Source: Thelocarpon superellum
Taxonomy: Eukaryota
Direction: 5' to 3'
Length of the DNA stretch: 46,711 nucleotides
NCBI GenBank assembly: GCA_026025795.1
Contig: JAPEUG010000101.1
Span: forward strand, 1-46,711
Shown: positions 1-13,347 of the stretch, piece after piece
Layout: each line of letters opens with the position of its first letter
How positions within the stretch are numbered: position 1 is the first letter of the stretch
Position numbers and translations under genes: made by a program
Notes under the pieces: generated by a model
What the model saw: the letters and a program-made list of their open reading frames with translations, nothing else
Told to the model about the DNA's origin: nothing
Databases searched by the model: none

Positions 1-1559
1 GACGGGGAGGAAGTTGGAATTAGCGTCAGACTGTTTTGAAAAAATGGCATTGAAGAGGATACTGACTCCAGACACAAAGGCCGCGTCAGGCACGTCTCAG
101 GCCCATGCGCCCTTGCCTTGCTTCACGCTGTGGATACTGTCTAGAAATCTGCAACAAGAGCGTCAGGAAACAATTTCCTCCGGCCACACAGGTTTTTTTT
201 GGCTTCTCTCGAGGCAATGCTGGTCATCGATTGATCATGCTCAAGATGTGTCAGACGCACTACCATGCCTCACTCATACAGGAATGCTGCCCTGATAGTA
301 CGTAAATGCGCTTTTGAGAAGCGGCTGGTGGTATCAGTGCATAATCGGTGGATTTGGGCAGCTCCAGCCAGTATTCGAACCTTACTGCGATCCGTCGTGG
401 ATTCACATGTCCTGCTTTTACTTAGAGCAGGATATTTGACTCCACGACGGATTGAATCCATCTCCAAATACTACGTCCCACCATGTCGGTGGCCCCGATC
501 CTACCGACTGCCAAGTCCACACCGTAACCTAGGCGAAGTGAGGGGACATCATTCGGTGGTGAGCCCCATCATGACCTGGCCTAAAAATACTTTCCCGCAA
601 TAACCAGACCCTTGGCGCGTTCCACTGGCTGGAGAAGCCCGAGGAGATCGACTGCTCCTGCAGTTAACCTGAATTGTCCACAGACCCACCCCTACATTGT
701 AGATGCGTCCAAAGCCCAAGAGCTGAGGCGATTGCTCATTCTTGCACAGCCGTCGTCGTTTCCTTTTGCCCCTCGTCAAAATGGCTCGATAGAGACGGCG
801 TGGGAATGGTGAGATGTTGAGTTGTCAGAGTTCGGACTCATAAGTCCCGGTATTACCGCCTGCTGGTCAGTCGACAAACATTGACTCATCCTTGCTGGAC
901 AATCCGCAAGCTCAACGAGAAGGACGAGTACATGGACAAGTCCGCGACGAGTACTCGCGCCAACTCGACACCTCCCGTGATCAGGCCAGAGGCACAGGCG
1001 AAGCTCGCGAAGCGAGGGCACTCGGCTGCCTCGTTAAAGGACCCACGCGAGCCGATCTTGCTCCTGGACCGATAACTGGGCCTATCCCTGGAGAGACCCT
1101 GGTAGCAGGCACTCCGGATGCTGCCATTTCGCTAGGAATAGCTGGCTCGGGCCCTCTGGCCACCGTCTCTGGTGCGCCGTTGCTTTCTTAGCTCCCGAGC
1201 CTAGAATTGCGTCGCGTTTCTTCCCGAAATTTCTTCTCCGCGATCCGCTTCTGAAGTGACTCTTACTCCGTGACGCGAGCGATCGCGAGGTGCCCAGCAT
1301 CTTCACTCGTCCTGTCAAACGCAGGTGGCGTGGCGTCCCCGGCGTCGTGCGGAATCTTTGCATTGGATCGCCAAGATATGATTCCGCGGTGATACCACCG
1401 TTCGTCGTCCACCGCCCACTCGTGCGCGTCAGGTCACAACAGCCGAGGACCCACGGCATCAGCCATTTGCCGACCTGTATGCCCCTCGAGTCCCTCGCCA
1501 ATTGGTGCACCTCGGATTGCTCTCCGTTGTGAGCGCGTGCGCGTGCGGCCATCCTCACC

Positions 1560-3880
1560 ATGGCCACGGTCAAGGACGCCGTCAAAGAGACGCTGATCGG
1601 CACGACGCGAGAACCACAGCTGTCAGCGCAGACCCAGGCGACCTTCGATAAACACTCCCGCAAAGATAGTGACTCGGGCGAGCGGTACATGTCCGAGGCG
1701 GACTTCGTGGATGCCATTGCACCCATCGATGAGGATTACGTATGTGCCCTTCCCCCAAACGTGGCGTGCCGCCGTCATGGCGTCGCCCAGTCCTCGACCG
1801 ACACGATTGACCCGCGTGCGTTGGTGCTGTAGCATAAGATCAAGCGCGAGCAATATGCCATCTTGTTTGGCATCGCCGATCGTCGCAAGACGGGCCAGAT
1901 CACGCTCCAAGACTGGGCGACCTTCGAGAACCTGCTGGCCAAGCCGGACGCCGAGTACGAGATCGCCTTCCGACTCTTCGACGTCGCCGGCACCGGCACA
2001 GTCAAGTACGACGACTTCCAGCGCCTGTATCAGCTCAACAAAGGCGACGATAGCATCCCCTTCGACTGGGACGGCGAGTGGGCCAGCTTATATATCGGGC
2101 GGAGGAAGAAGAGGCACGACCTGAACTATCACCAATTCTCCCAGATGTTACGCGGCCTGCAGGGCGAACGGGTGCGGCAGGCCTTCCACCTCTTCGACCG
2201 CGATGGCTCAGGCTACATCGAGCCGGGCGACTTTCAGCGCATCATCCTCTGCACCGCGAAACACAAGCTCTCGGACCACCTCCTTGAGAATCTCCCGTCG
2301 CTCTGCAACATCTCCACGAGCAGTAAGATCTCGTATGCCAACGTCCGCGCCTTTGAGAACATGATTCGCGAGATGGATCTGGTCGAGCTCATCATCCGCA
2401 ACGCCGCGGGCAAGAGCGACGACGGCAAGATCACCCGGACCGACTTTCTCAACGAAGCCGCGCGCATCACCCGCTTCTCGCTCTTCACGCCCATGGAGGC
2501 CGACATCCTCTTCCACTTCGCCGGACTCCACGAGCCCTCGGGTCGACTAGCGCTCGGGGACTTCGCCAAGGTCTTGGATCCGTCGTGGCAGAAGCCCGAT
2601 TGGGGGGGCTCATCCGGCGCTGAGGAGGTGCCTGGTCCCGCGGCGACCTTCTCGGGCGCCGGCATTCTCCACAGCGTGCTGGAGTCAGTCTACCACTTTG
2701 GCCTTGGCAGCGTTGCGGGCGCCTTTGGAGCCTTCATGGTCTATCCCATCGACCTCGTCAAGACGCGCATGCAGAACCAGCGCAGTCAACGGGTGGGCGA
2801 GCGACTGTACAAGAACTCGATCGATTGCGCGCGAAAGGTGATCCGCAACGAAGGCTTCCGCGGTCTCTACTCCGGTGTCCTCCCACAGTTGATCGGCGTG
2901 GCGCCTGAGAAAGCGATTAAGCTGACGGTGAATGATCTGGTGCGCGGCCATTTCAGCGAGAAGCAAACGGGAAAGATCTGGTGGCCCTACGAGATCTTGG
3001 CCGGTGCCTCGGCCGGCGGGTGTCAAGTGGTGAGTGCCTGCGTCGATGTCGGGCGGTGACGAGGGCCTAACGCAGACGGGTCCAGATCTTTACCAATCCC
3101 TTGGAGATTGTCAAGATCCGGCTCCAAGTGCAGGGAGAAGTGGCCAAGAACGTCGAGGGGGTCCCTCGACGCTCGGCCATGTGGATCGTGAAGAACCTGG
3201 GTCTGATCGGGCTGTACAAAGGCGCCAGTGCGTGCTTATTACGAGATGGTGAGCCTGACGCAGTGGTCTCCACCCCCTGCGCCTGGATCGACGCTGACCT
3301 CTGCGTGTCAGTGCCCTTTTCCGCCATTTACTTTCCTGCGTACAACCACCTCAAACGAGACTACTTCGGCGAAGGCCCAAGCAAGAAGCTCGGCATCCTC
3401 CAGCTCCTGACCGCCGGGGCTATCGCCGGCATGCCGGCCGCGTATCTGACCACGCCCTGCGACGTCATCAAGACGCGATTACAAGTGGAGGCCCGCAAAG
3501 GCGAAACGAGATACACGAGTCTCCGACACTGCGCGACAACCATCTTCCGCGAGGAGGGCTTCGGAGCCTTCTTCAAGGGTGGCGTGGCCCGCGTGCTTCG
3601 ATCCTCGCCCCAATTTGCCTTCACGCTCGCGGCCTACGAAGTTCTCCAGACCACCTTTCCCTACCCGAGCGGCGGCGACGACGCGAAGAAGGCGAGCATC
3701 GGGCGCCTCGAACCGGGCGTCGGTCTCTCCGAGGCCCGCGCCCCCTTACCTCACCTTCGCAGCCGCAACGCCATGAAGATCCTGCTCGACCTCGACGAAA
3801 ACTTTGGAATCCCCAAATATCCGACCCAAAAGAGCTGGCTGTCCATTCCAGGCCTGAGTCCTAAATCTCCCACCGCTTAG
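1560..3880 (+). CDS. AGC1: Mitochondrial aspartate/glutamate carrier (aralar/citrin-like, N-terminal EF-hands)
   Basis: Spliced exons 1560-1739, 1833-3029, 3086-3248, 3312-3880 (GT-AG introns, frame preserved). EF-hand loops ([26 protein letters not shown]) and three carrier signatures PxD/ExxKxR ([30 protein letters not shown]). Confidence 0.96.
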
Positions 3881-4182
3881 ATTGCGTTCGCACATCTTCT
3901 TCGCTGCATCACCCATGAGTAGTAAGAGATCGAGGCCATCTTGATTTCCTTCGTGGCTGGTGATGAGTCATGCCTAGTCATCCTCTCGACTGATCCTCTG
4001 CACCGCCCTTGGTTGTGCCGTCGCGCCCGAGTGCGTATACAAGTCTCACGCGGAGCGGAGTCGAGCAGAATATAGACACAATGTACGAAACGCCTACCGG
4101 AATCGCATGGTAGTAGGAGCAGTGTTTGAATATGGAGCGCCACCATCACTCAACTCAGTAAACAGAGAGGCCCAGGCGACTT

Positions 4183-4346
4183 CTAGTAGTACTACTACTG
4201 AGGTAGTAAGATGCTTCATATACTTAGCTAGCTTAGTAGTAGCAGCAGCAGCAGTAGTAGTAGCAGTAGCAATACTATTGTAGTAGCAGTAGCAGTAGTA
4301 GCAGTAGTGGTAGTATAACTACTACTACTACTAGTAGAAGTAGCAG
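4183..4346. repeat. Compound (TAG/CAG/TAC)n microsatellite between convergent genes
   Basis: Runs such as tagtagtagcagcagcagcagtagtagtagcagtagc and actactactactagtag between the 3' ends of AGC1 and the PQ-loop gene. Confidence 0.9.
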
Positions 4347-4494
4347 TCGCCTCGAATCCGCCAAAGGCGAGTCACGGGGCTGCGAATGCTTCGAGTGATC
4401 TCTCCCTAAACTCCTCTACCCTCCTCGAACCTTCTCTATTTCCGGCTCCTCTTCCGCATGCTCCCATTCCTCCTCTCCAAACGGTGCTCACAGA

Positions 4495-5525
4495 CTAAGG
4501 TTCCGCATCGTCATCCCCTTCCATTCGCAACAAGGGTCGAAAGGCGTCGTCGGGCTTCTCTCGTGCATGACGATAGAGACAGTAATGCTGCACGACGAAG
4601 ATGACGTCGAAGAAGATGCTGATGTTACCGAGGCCCAGCTTGACGGGGTTGCCGGTCAGGCCAGACCAGTCGTTTTGGAGCGACGAATCCAGGACCAATT
4701 GTAGGATGGAGAGGACACCGCCCGCGACGTCCAACAGGATCTGGTGGATGCTCCATCCGACCGTGGATTGCCGCTTATAGTTTACCCACGCCTGGGGGAT
4801 GTACTTGACGATCGTGATCACGAGCTTCACATAGCCAAGGGTGTAGATCTGTGGCCGAACTTAGGACCCGAGTGGCGCAGGAGCGACGGCGAGCCTGTGC
4901 ATCAACTTACCACGTCAATCCACGCCCACTCTGCGGCGTCATGTCCGCCATGGGTCGCTACCATGAGGCAAACCAATGCCACCGCCGTGATACAGCTCAG
5001 GATGATGGCCATGACAGGCTTGCTAATCCGCTGCCCCCGCTCACGCTTGAAGCCCCAGCAGAAGAACTGCGAGTATACCAAGATACTCAGCACTACGGCG
5101 TGTAGTGCAAAGGCGAGGTCGTTGCCGCGCACCGTTGGCTTTGGCGAGACAGGATTGCGGATCGCGTACTGGCGACGGATCTCGGGTGAGTAGAGGAAGG
5201 CGGCAGTCGAGATGCCATAGCACAGAAAGCCGAGGACATTGATCGTCGGGAAGTCAACCGCTAATCCCACCGTCGACTTTCGTCGCCAGTTCAGCAGCGG
5301 CTGCGGATAGAAGGAGAGGCTCCAGCAAAGGACACTACAGGTGACGCGTATCAGCACTGTGGCGCCCGAGGGCAGGTCGGGATATGGATAAGGTGGTCCT
5401 ACTAGGTCCATCCTAGAACACTGCGCATCTCGTCAGCCCGCGTATGGCTTGGTTTGCGGCCACACTTCCGAAGAAACTCACCGCGAGACCGCGTTGGCCA
5501 GCTGTTCGACTCCTGAGTCCACCAT
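4495..5525 (-). CDS. Cystinosin/ERS1-like PQ-loop lysosomal/vacuolar cystine transporter
   Basis: Exons 5525-5482, 5420-5403 (18-nt mini-exon), 5334-4911, 4848-4495. Spliced protein [32 protein letters not shown]...; two PQ loops (SFYPQ...RRKSTVG, KYIPQ...[10 protein letters not shown]) and the GNPVKLGLG motif. Confidence 0.93.
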
Positions 5526-6278
5526 CGCAACGACGGTCCGCTACCAACAAAGTAACCAACTGAATCCCCACACACACGTCTTGAGCACCTAGATAGAACG
5601 ACGCCCTCTCTGCGGGCGATGTACTGCTCCGTCACATAATGGATACGGCCCCGACCTCCGTATTTTAGGAGGAGATGCGAGCTTGATTCTCAGAAGGTGG
5701 TCAGATGTTCAGTCCCGCGTGGATCTACCACTGACTAACGTCCTCGGCGATTTGCTGACTCAGCAAGCGACGACCTGCCATCATGTCCCCAGCGAAGACT
5801 CCCGGCACAGAGATTGATGGGCCACTCTACGCTGGACTTATCGAATGCGATTTCACTTCTTGAGATCTTCATCTGGCGTCAGCCAAGAACGGATCCTATC
5901 TCCCCTGCAACTGCGAGGCAAGCGGGTCCAGCAAAGGGTAATTGTGCTGAGTCATCATCCAGGACCTGCAAGTGTTCTTGACGCGGTGCACACAAGTTGG
6001 GATTAGCGCCCTAGACGCCGATTCGCCAACGCTGGACGAGTTGAGTTCTGTCATATTTGCTTCACCCGGCGCGTGAATGTTACATCCCCTCGTTCTGCCC
6101 TTTGTCCTCTGCGCGATGCCTCTATGATCTGGTAGGCTCATCCTCAGTGAGCAGGCTCGGGAGCCGACGCTCTGATTCCTATCAGCCCCTCTCACGCCAC
6201 AGTGTCCAGAGCCGTGCCCTCGTCATCGAGAGGAGGCGGACCGGACGCTGCGGGCTCCGTGCCACTCCACACCACCCC

Positions 6279-9200
6279 ATGGCGCCCCTACCGCCGGCCT
6301 CCCGTCGGCCAGTCTCCTCTCTGAGTCGGAATCGGGGACGAGGGAGACCTCGAGCGCGGCCCGGCGCGTCATCAGCCGCGCATCCAGGCGGGCCCAACGG
6401 CTCGGCCCCACCACCTATGAAGAAGAGACGATACATTCCTGGAGGTCCCGGTGGCGGTGGCCGTTATGTCGACGTGGATGGCACCGAGACTCCAGTTGGA
6501 GGCACCGGTCCGGGGGGGTATGCGTACGCAGGAGTGAGGGCTCGCGTCGGACGGGAAAGCCGAGCAAATGGAAGCAACGCCGCCCACCCACCGACCTATT
6601 CACGTCGGAGAGAGCGAACGGCCCCGCAACCACGATACAGCTCTGCCGCAGCGGCCGCGGCAGCCGTCACGCAAGGAGATGGATACAAACCACGCGAGGA
6701 GCGGGGATGGGAAGAATTTCACCCGGATCTTGATATCGAGGCACGCTTCCCCATCTACTCCTCCCACGAGGTCGACGGGACCGCGCTAGCCACGAGGACC
6801 GCCACGCCGCCCGCACCTCACGAAGCCTCTACACAAGAGGAGACGCGAGCCACCCCCACTGCAAACGGCATGAATGGGCACCGGACGCCGAATGGAGACA
6901 CCTCGATGCCTTCGCCCCAGCCGGCCGTGACCAATGGAACGAGCGTGGAAGAGCCAGCACAGGCCGAGTCAACTGAGATCCTCTACGTTGAGCCCAAGCG
7001 AAAGCGCGCAGGTCGTCCGATCCGGCGCTCCGAACTTCTACTTCACGAGCCCGCTACCCCCGAAACCCCCAAAATCATTCCTCCTCCCGGTCCGAACCCC
7101 CGCGAGAGACTCACCCTCCCCAAGCCCTCCTTTCGCCGCACCGATCCCTTCTCCTTCTTCGAATCCAAAGCCACAGGACAGCAACGCTATGTCGACCGGA
7201 CCATGGCCAACGTCGGCTATCAAGAGAGCGACATCTTCCTCCGGCCCGTGTCGCGACTGATTCGCGTCGCCGAGGGAAGCATGGAGGAAGATCTCGATCT
7301 CGGTCCCGGCTTCGGCGCCGACGGCGAGCACAACACAGCGTTGGGAGGTAGCGGCGTGGGCCGGGTGGAGTATGACATGGACGAGCAAGACGACAAGTGG
7401 TTGGCCGTTTACAATGCGCTGCGAAAGACGGCGGAAGTCGAACCCATCACGCGCGAAGTGTTTGAGATCACCATGACCAAGATCGAGAAGGAATGGCACG
7501 CCTTGGAGAAAAGTGGGTAGCCTTCCAAGCACCGAGGCCATAAAACGGTCCGCTAACGTGCATGGCCTTCCGCAGGGATCCCCAAGCCCAATCCCAAACC
7601 TCCACAAACGCATCGACCCCGATCGAGTTCCGCCGCCGCCGTTAATGGCGAACCCTCCAGTGCCGCTGGCGAAGAGCAGGATAGCAAGTGTGCCATCTGC
7701 GATGACGGTGACTGCGAGAACACCAACGCCATCGTCTTCTGCGATGGCTGTGACTTGGCCGTGCATCAGGAATGCTATGGCGTACCCTTCATCCCCGAAG
7801 GACAATGGCTGTGTCGCAAATGCCAACTGATCGGTCGGGGAACACCGGTACGTGCAACACGAAAAGGCGATGCGAACCCGCGACTTGACTGATGTCTTTA
7901 GACTTGCATCTTCTGCCCCAACATCGACGGCGCCTTCAAGCAGACCAACTCCTCCCGATGGTCTCATCTCCTCTGCGCCATTTGGATTCCGGAAGTCTCC
8001 CTGGGCAATCCTACATTCATGGAGCCCGTCATGGACGTGGAAAAGGTGCCTCGACAGCGCTGGAAACTGGTTTGTCCTCCGCGCCTCGCTCCTGCCTCTA
8101 CCTGTCGTCTCTTGCTCTAGCTGACGCATGAATGTGAAAGACCTGCTACATCTGTCGACAGCGGATGGGTGCTTGCATTCAATGTGGCAACAAGCAATGC
8201 TTCGTCGCCTTCCATGTGACGTGCGCACGACGGGCGCATCTCTTCCTCAAGATGAAATCCAGCCACGGAGGACCAGCGACGCTTGACGCGGGGGTCTTGA
8301 AGGCCTACTGCGACAAGCATGTTCCCGCCGAGTGGCGCCGTGACAATGACGTCGATGCCGCCACGACCGACGCCCAAGCCTTCTACCACCATACGATGCG
8401 AGGCCGGCTCTGGGCCGACAGTCAGCACTCGGCGCTGTCGTACATCCCCTCGGCCTCCGAGACGGCGCCGACGACGGCCGAGACGCCTGGTCCTTCGACG
8501 GTGGCGCGGATCAATCTCGCCATGGGCAGTAACAAGCGCCGGCGCCCACAGCCCGCCGCCACGACGTGGAAGCTCCCGTCCGGCGCGCCCGTCATCCCCC
8601 AGGTCGTGTACAACTCGGTCGAGAGCTCGTTGCAGCGCTTCATGATCCGTAAGCGGAAGGAATACGCGGCCGAGGCCTGCAAGTACTGGACGTTGAAGCG
8701 TGAGGCGCGACGGGGGGCGGCCTTGCTCAAGCGGCTGCAGCTTCAGATGGAGACCTTCTCGTCTATGGAGATGACACGGCGCAATTTTGCCGGCATGGGC
8801 GCGGCCGGCCGGCCGCGCTTACAGCGGCGCATCGACTTTGCCACCCGCATGCTTCAGGACGTGGAGCGAGTGCGGCTGCTGTGCAACAAGGTGAAGAAAC
8901 GCGAGCGTGTCAAGCTCGAGAACGTCGAGACGGAAAGAAATGTCATCGACGCCGTCTACTTTCCCATCGCGCCGCTGCTGTGGCCCATCCTGGAGCGCGC
9001 ACAGAGGTCGGTCACGCGTGCCTGCATTCGGTGGTGCGACTGCTAATGCGCTACGGTAGTCTGGACGGAAAAGGCGTGTTCTTGGCTGGCTTTCGTACCG
9101 TGCGGACCAAGCTCGAGGATCGTGGCTACACGTCCGTCGCCCCCTTCTCAACCGATCTAGGCGCCGTCTTTTCCGCCGTTACGGGGCTCGACCTGGTCCC

Positions 9201-10020
9201 GAAGGCAGCTGCGGACGGCACCGTCTCCGACGCTGTCCCCAACGTCCGCGAACTGACGGCCGAGCAGAAGGATCGGCGGCGACTAGCTAAACGCATCGTC
9301 AAGGCCATCCAAGGCATGTTGGAAGAGGCGATGCGGAAAGAGGCTGACCTGGCGGGAAAGCCCTTTGAGAAGGAGCTGCGCGAGCTAGACATGCTCCTCG
9401 ACACAAGCATGCTCTCGCGGCGGGGCTCACTAACGGCCTCGCTCGACGATGAGGGGATGGTTGATGGGGTGACTGCCGTGGAAGGCCTGTCGTCAGGCTC
9501 CCTGCTCGGGTCCCTGCTCGGATCCGACGATGCGCGCAAGCGACCCGGCGCGGCGCCATTGATGGTCTCTAACCCTGGCGACGCCCTTCCCGTGGAAAAT
9601 GACGGAGTCCCGCCGGACGGTCATGGGGCCGGTGGGCCGACTGCAGTCACGGCGGCCGTGGGGTCCACCCAAGTGCTCGTTCCTCCGACCCCACCCTTAA
9701 GCTCGGAAGAAGACCTGCTTGCACCGCTCTCGATGGGGGGCATTCCTTGGTATCTCGAGCCATTCGACCCCATCGGCACGACCATCCACGAGGAGCGGTG
9801 GACGGGGCGTGAGGTGGTGCGCGGCATGAGCGAGGAGCTGAGTGAGATCGACGACGAGGAGCTCCGAGGCATGGGCGACATCGAAGCCGATCTCAATGGG
9901 GATGAGGACACGCCAGGACCAGATCCGCACGGCGACAGCGTATCCGCCAGTAAGCCGACCGGAGCGTCAGCTCGATCCAAGAAGGGTCGCGCGAATCGAC
10001 GATGGCGTGGCTACCGGTAG
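6279..10020 (+). CDS. NTO1: NuA3 histone acetyltransferase complex subunit Nto1 (EPC-like region + PHD/Zn-knuckle/PHD PZP module)
   Basis: Exons 6279-7512, 7576-7847, 7902-8069, 8141-9006, 9060-10020. [11 protein letters not shown] motif; [62 protein letters not shown]...[35 protein letters not shown]. Confidence 0.94.
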
Positions 10021-10243
10021 GACCTCTCCGTTCGAGTCACGGCATGGGAGGGAAGGGAATGGGCGGTCACCGGCGAACATGGGCATGAGATGGCGCTCTC
10101 TCTTGTACACTATAGCTATGCTTTACCTACCTAGCATCCTGGCTCTGCGAGTAGCCGAATCCACCTACCCTGACTCCGGAGTACCTCTTGATTGTCTCAG
10201 TTGCAACCTCCACCGTGGGGCGTTGCGACGCATCAAGCCTGTA

Positions 10244-10251
10244 TCACGTGA
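10244..10251. promoter_or_regulatory. TCACGTGA E-box (Cbf1/bHLH-type) upstream of RRM gene
   Basis: Perfect palindrome ~470 bp upstream of ATG 10716, with a second TCACGTGG ~24 bp downstream. Function is inferred. Confidence 0.4.
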
Positions 10252-10715
10252 TTGGATCCGTACACATCACGTGGCTTTCTAGGCGGGACCCGCCACTCGT
10301 CGACTGCTCTGTGTGTCATACGTACGCTGGACCGTTACACCAATCAGATGCTCGCCTGGCAAACGCCTCACGAAAAGGCTTAGGCTGGCGAAATTCGTCG
10401 GCCTCACTTGACGCACACTCTCCCACACACTCTCCCACACAACAACGATCATCCGCCCCAATCCTCCACTTCCACCATTCACCTCATCGCACCCTCCTCC
10501 CGCCACATTCCTTCACCTGGCATTCGCCTGAAGTCCCAGGTCTCCCGTCTTTCATCTTTGCGACCCGTCCACCATCTCGCACGTCCTCCTGCGTCGTGGG
10601 CTTCGTCAGCTCTTTTACGCCACTTCGTCCGGGCCATTTTCGATTCTTGTCGTCGTCGCCCTGTGCCTTCTCTCAGCCTTCCTCGCCTCCCCGTCCACTG
10701 CTTGCTTCCCTTGTG

Positions 10716-11760
10716 ATGGCTACCATGGATTTTGAAAACGATAACCGTGGCTACGATGGTGAGTTTGACGTGTGCGAGGCCGCGTGTTGACATGGCCACC
10801 GCTAACATCGCCTCGGTGTGCTTCAGACGAGCCGCGTTATGATCGCGATCGAAGTGCCTCTCCCCGCCCCGCTCGTCGCGGAGACAGCCCGCGTGCCGCT
10901 CGAGCGCGGAGCGCGTCGCCCAACGGCAACGGACGCGTGGACAACCGGTGCGTGAGACGCGTGACAACATGGGGTACGACTGATCGCTGACTCTTCCCGC
11001 CAGTGGGCCTCCGCCGGATGGCCGCTCAAACGACGACCGAGATGCCTCGGCGCGCAACCCGGGATCAAATTTGTTCGTGACGGGCATCCACCCACGTCTC
11101 TCGGAAGCCGAAGTGTCTCGTCTCTTCGAGAAGTACGGCGACGTGGAGAAGTGCGCCATCATGCTGGACCCGCACACCAAGGAGTCTCGTGGCTTTGGCT
11201 TCGTGAAGATGGTGACAGCTGAACAGGCAGATGCTGCCAAAGAGGGCCTCCAGGGTGAAGTGTTTGAAGGCCGCACACTGAGCATTGAGAAGGCTCGTCG
11301 ACAACGCCCGCGTACGCCTACCCCCGGCAAGTACTTCGGACCGCCCAAGCGAGGTGAGTGGCCATGTTTTCTTGTGACGTTGAAGGCGGCGCTGACGGTG
11401 GGGACAGACGACTTCCGTGGACCGCCGCCGGGTCGGTACGATCGCTACGACGACCGCCGCCGCGGCGGAGGCTACGGCGGCCGCAACGACGATCCATACA
11501 GCTACCGTGGTTCCTCCGGGCGCTACGACGATCGCGATCGGTACTACGGCCGCCGTGAACCGCGTGATGACTACGCGCCGCGGGGCATCGACCGCTACGC
11601 CTCAGGCCGTGACGACCGCTACAGCAGCCGCGGCGATGAACGTCGTGGGGGGGGCTACGCCGACCGCGACGGAGGTCGTGCGGGTCACTCCGGTGCATAT
11701 GGCGAGCCGCCGGCCGGAGGTAGATATGACGACCGTCTTGACGATAGGCACTCCCGTTGA
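10716..11760 (+). CDS. Single-RRM SR-like (transformer-2-like) RNA-binding protein
   Basis: Exons 10716-10758, 10827-10947, 11004-11353, 11408-11760 (alternative ATG 10725). RNP2 NLFVTGI, RNP1 RGFGFV, EKARRQRPRTPTPGKYFGPPKR, RS/RD/RGG-rich tails. Confidence 0.92.
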
Positions 11761-13339
11761 ACAAGGTCGGACGCTGATCAGGCTCAGGTGCGGATCGCCC
11801 ATGAACGTGATCGCGCCGATGCCACATGTGCGAGATCTCTCTCGACCCCGCATCTTCCGCGTCTTCGGCACCTGTGCTACTAATCTGCTACTTGCTCTCT
11901 TTCGCCCGTCCTTGTTGTGCGGCACCGTACGACTGTGCGATCCGGGCCTTCGTCTACTTTGCGCTACACTTGGACTGTCGCTCTCGCTCTCGCTCTCGCT
12001 CTGGCTCTGGCTCTCCCATCTCGCTCTTCCATGTGACTCAGGCAACGGCGGCGGCGGTCAGGACATTTCGGCGATGCGATGACGACTCCGCACCTGAACC
12101 TCGGGTTTCTCGCATGCGCGAGCGCGAGCGCGATGTCGACGGTGCGCTACGGGCGCGGGTGCGGACCGACTGTCTTTCTTCTCCTGCGTCGTAGTCGACT
12201 CATATCAACCTCGGGCGGATCCGAGCGACTTGGCCGCAAATCGTCCTAGGGATCATCCACCTCCTCTCCGCTAGACGTGACTGCGCCCTGTCCTATCGTC
12301 TCTCCGTTGTATTACTATCGCTAGTCAGCTTCCATACTCGCTCTACGCCCTAACACCTCTCCCACCACTCGACCGGCTTTCGCTCCGCCCGTAAACCAAG
12401 CGCGCCGCGTTACCACCGTGTGCACCACTACTGACTCTCGCAACACGACGTCACTCCGTCGCGCTCCTGGTCCTCATTCCTGCGCCACCTCCGACCAAGG
12501 GGCGACCCGTGTCGTGGCGGTCGTGCCACCAGACGGAATGAACCCGCTTGCCCCGGCGCCCTTGCGTCGTTGCATCGTTGATGATCTGCGGCAGTGCAAC
12601 AATGGCAGGGTGGCGGGCCCTTGCCGCGGATCATGGCCGACGCCATGTATCCCCACCACGGTGAGCTCGATTCTGGCTATCGCTGACAAAGTGCTGCGGT
12701 TTCTTTTGGTCCCAGACGGGATATTTCCCCCCTTTCCCCCTGATCATCAAGGCTGACTGGATTTCGGAACCACTCGATTATCCTTGGGTCTATCCAGCCG
12801 CTGCACGACGTCGACCTACTAGAGGCCTCGCGCCATCGCGACCAGGCGTCCATAATTCTGCCTGCGGATGATGGCAGAGCAAGCACCACCGCGTCTCTGT
12901 GGACAGTAAAATGGTGACGAGCGTGACTCGCGCCTACGACAAGTACATCTCACATTGCGACCGGGCATCTGTCCTTCTCCCCGCTGCGCGTCCAGACCGT
13001 GAAGCTCAAATTCTCTTACACTAGTTCCCGGCGTAGTCTAATCATGAAAGCTGACCGCTTACGCGGTCCATAAGCCACCAATAATGTGGACGTGGATGGA
13101 TGGATGTGACCCGGGCGTAGTACTACTACCCCTAGTAGACGCAAGGGCCTTGTCACGCCCTGGTCCCTCGCGCCAGGACTAGAGATAACACGCCGATCGT
13201 CCTCGTACCACCGCTGATGGCCTGCACTTGGACATGGCCCCGGGCACCTTCCTCGGTAACTGTGCTTGTTTGAGATGGAACAGACCGCACCTGGCACATC
13301 TCGGTAGCCCATCACCCAAGTCTGAGGGCCGTCCCTAGA

Positions 13340-13347
13340 TCACGTGA
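13340..13347. promoter_or_regulatory. TCACGTGA E-box upstream of YTA7
   Basis: gaTCACGTGAct about 1 kb upstream of the YTA7 ATG. Function is inferred. Confidence 0.3.

Noticed and set aside
1..1550. Short ORFs upstream of AGC1 (e.g. 881-1075, 892-1191)
   Set aside because: No recognisable domain or coherent splice model; treated as intergenic, though a gene fragment at the window edge cannot be excluded.
7038..8228. Long antisense ORFs (also 35108-36367, 10479-11348, 36409-37305 and others)
   Set aside because: Shadow ORFs of GC-rich, codon-biased genes on the opposite strand; no recognisable motifs.
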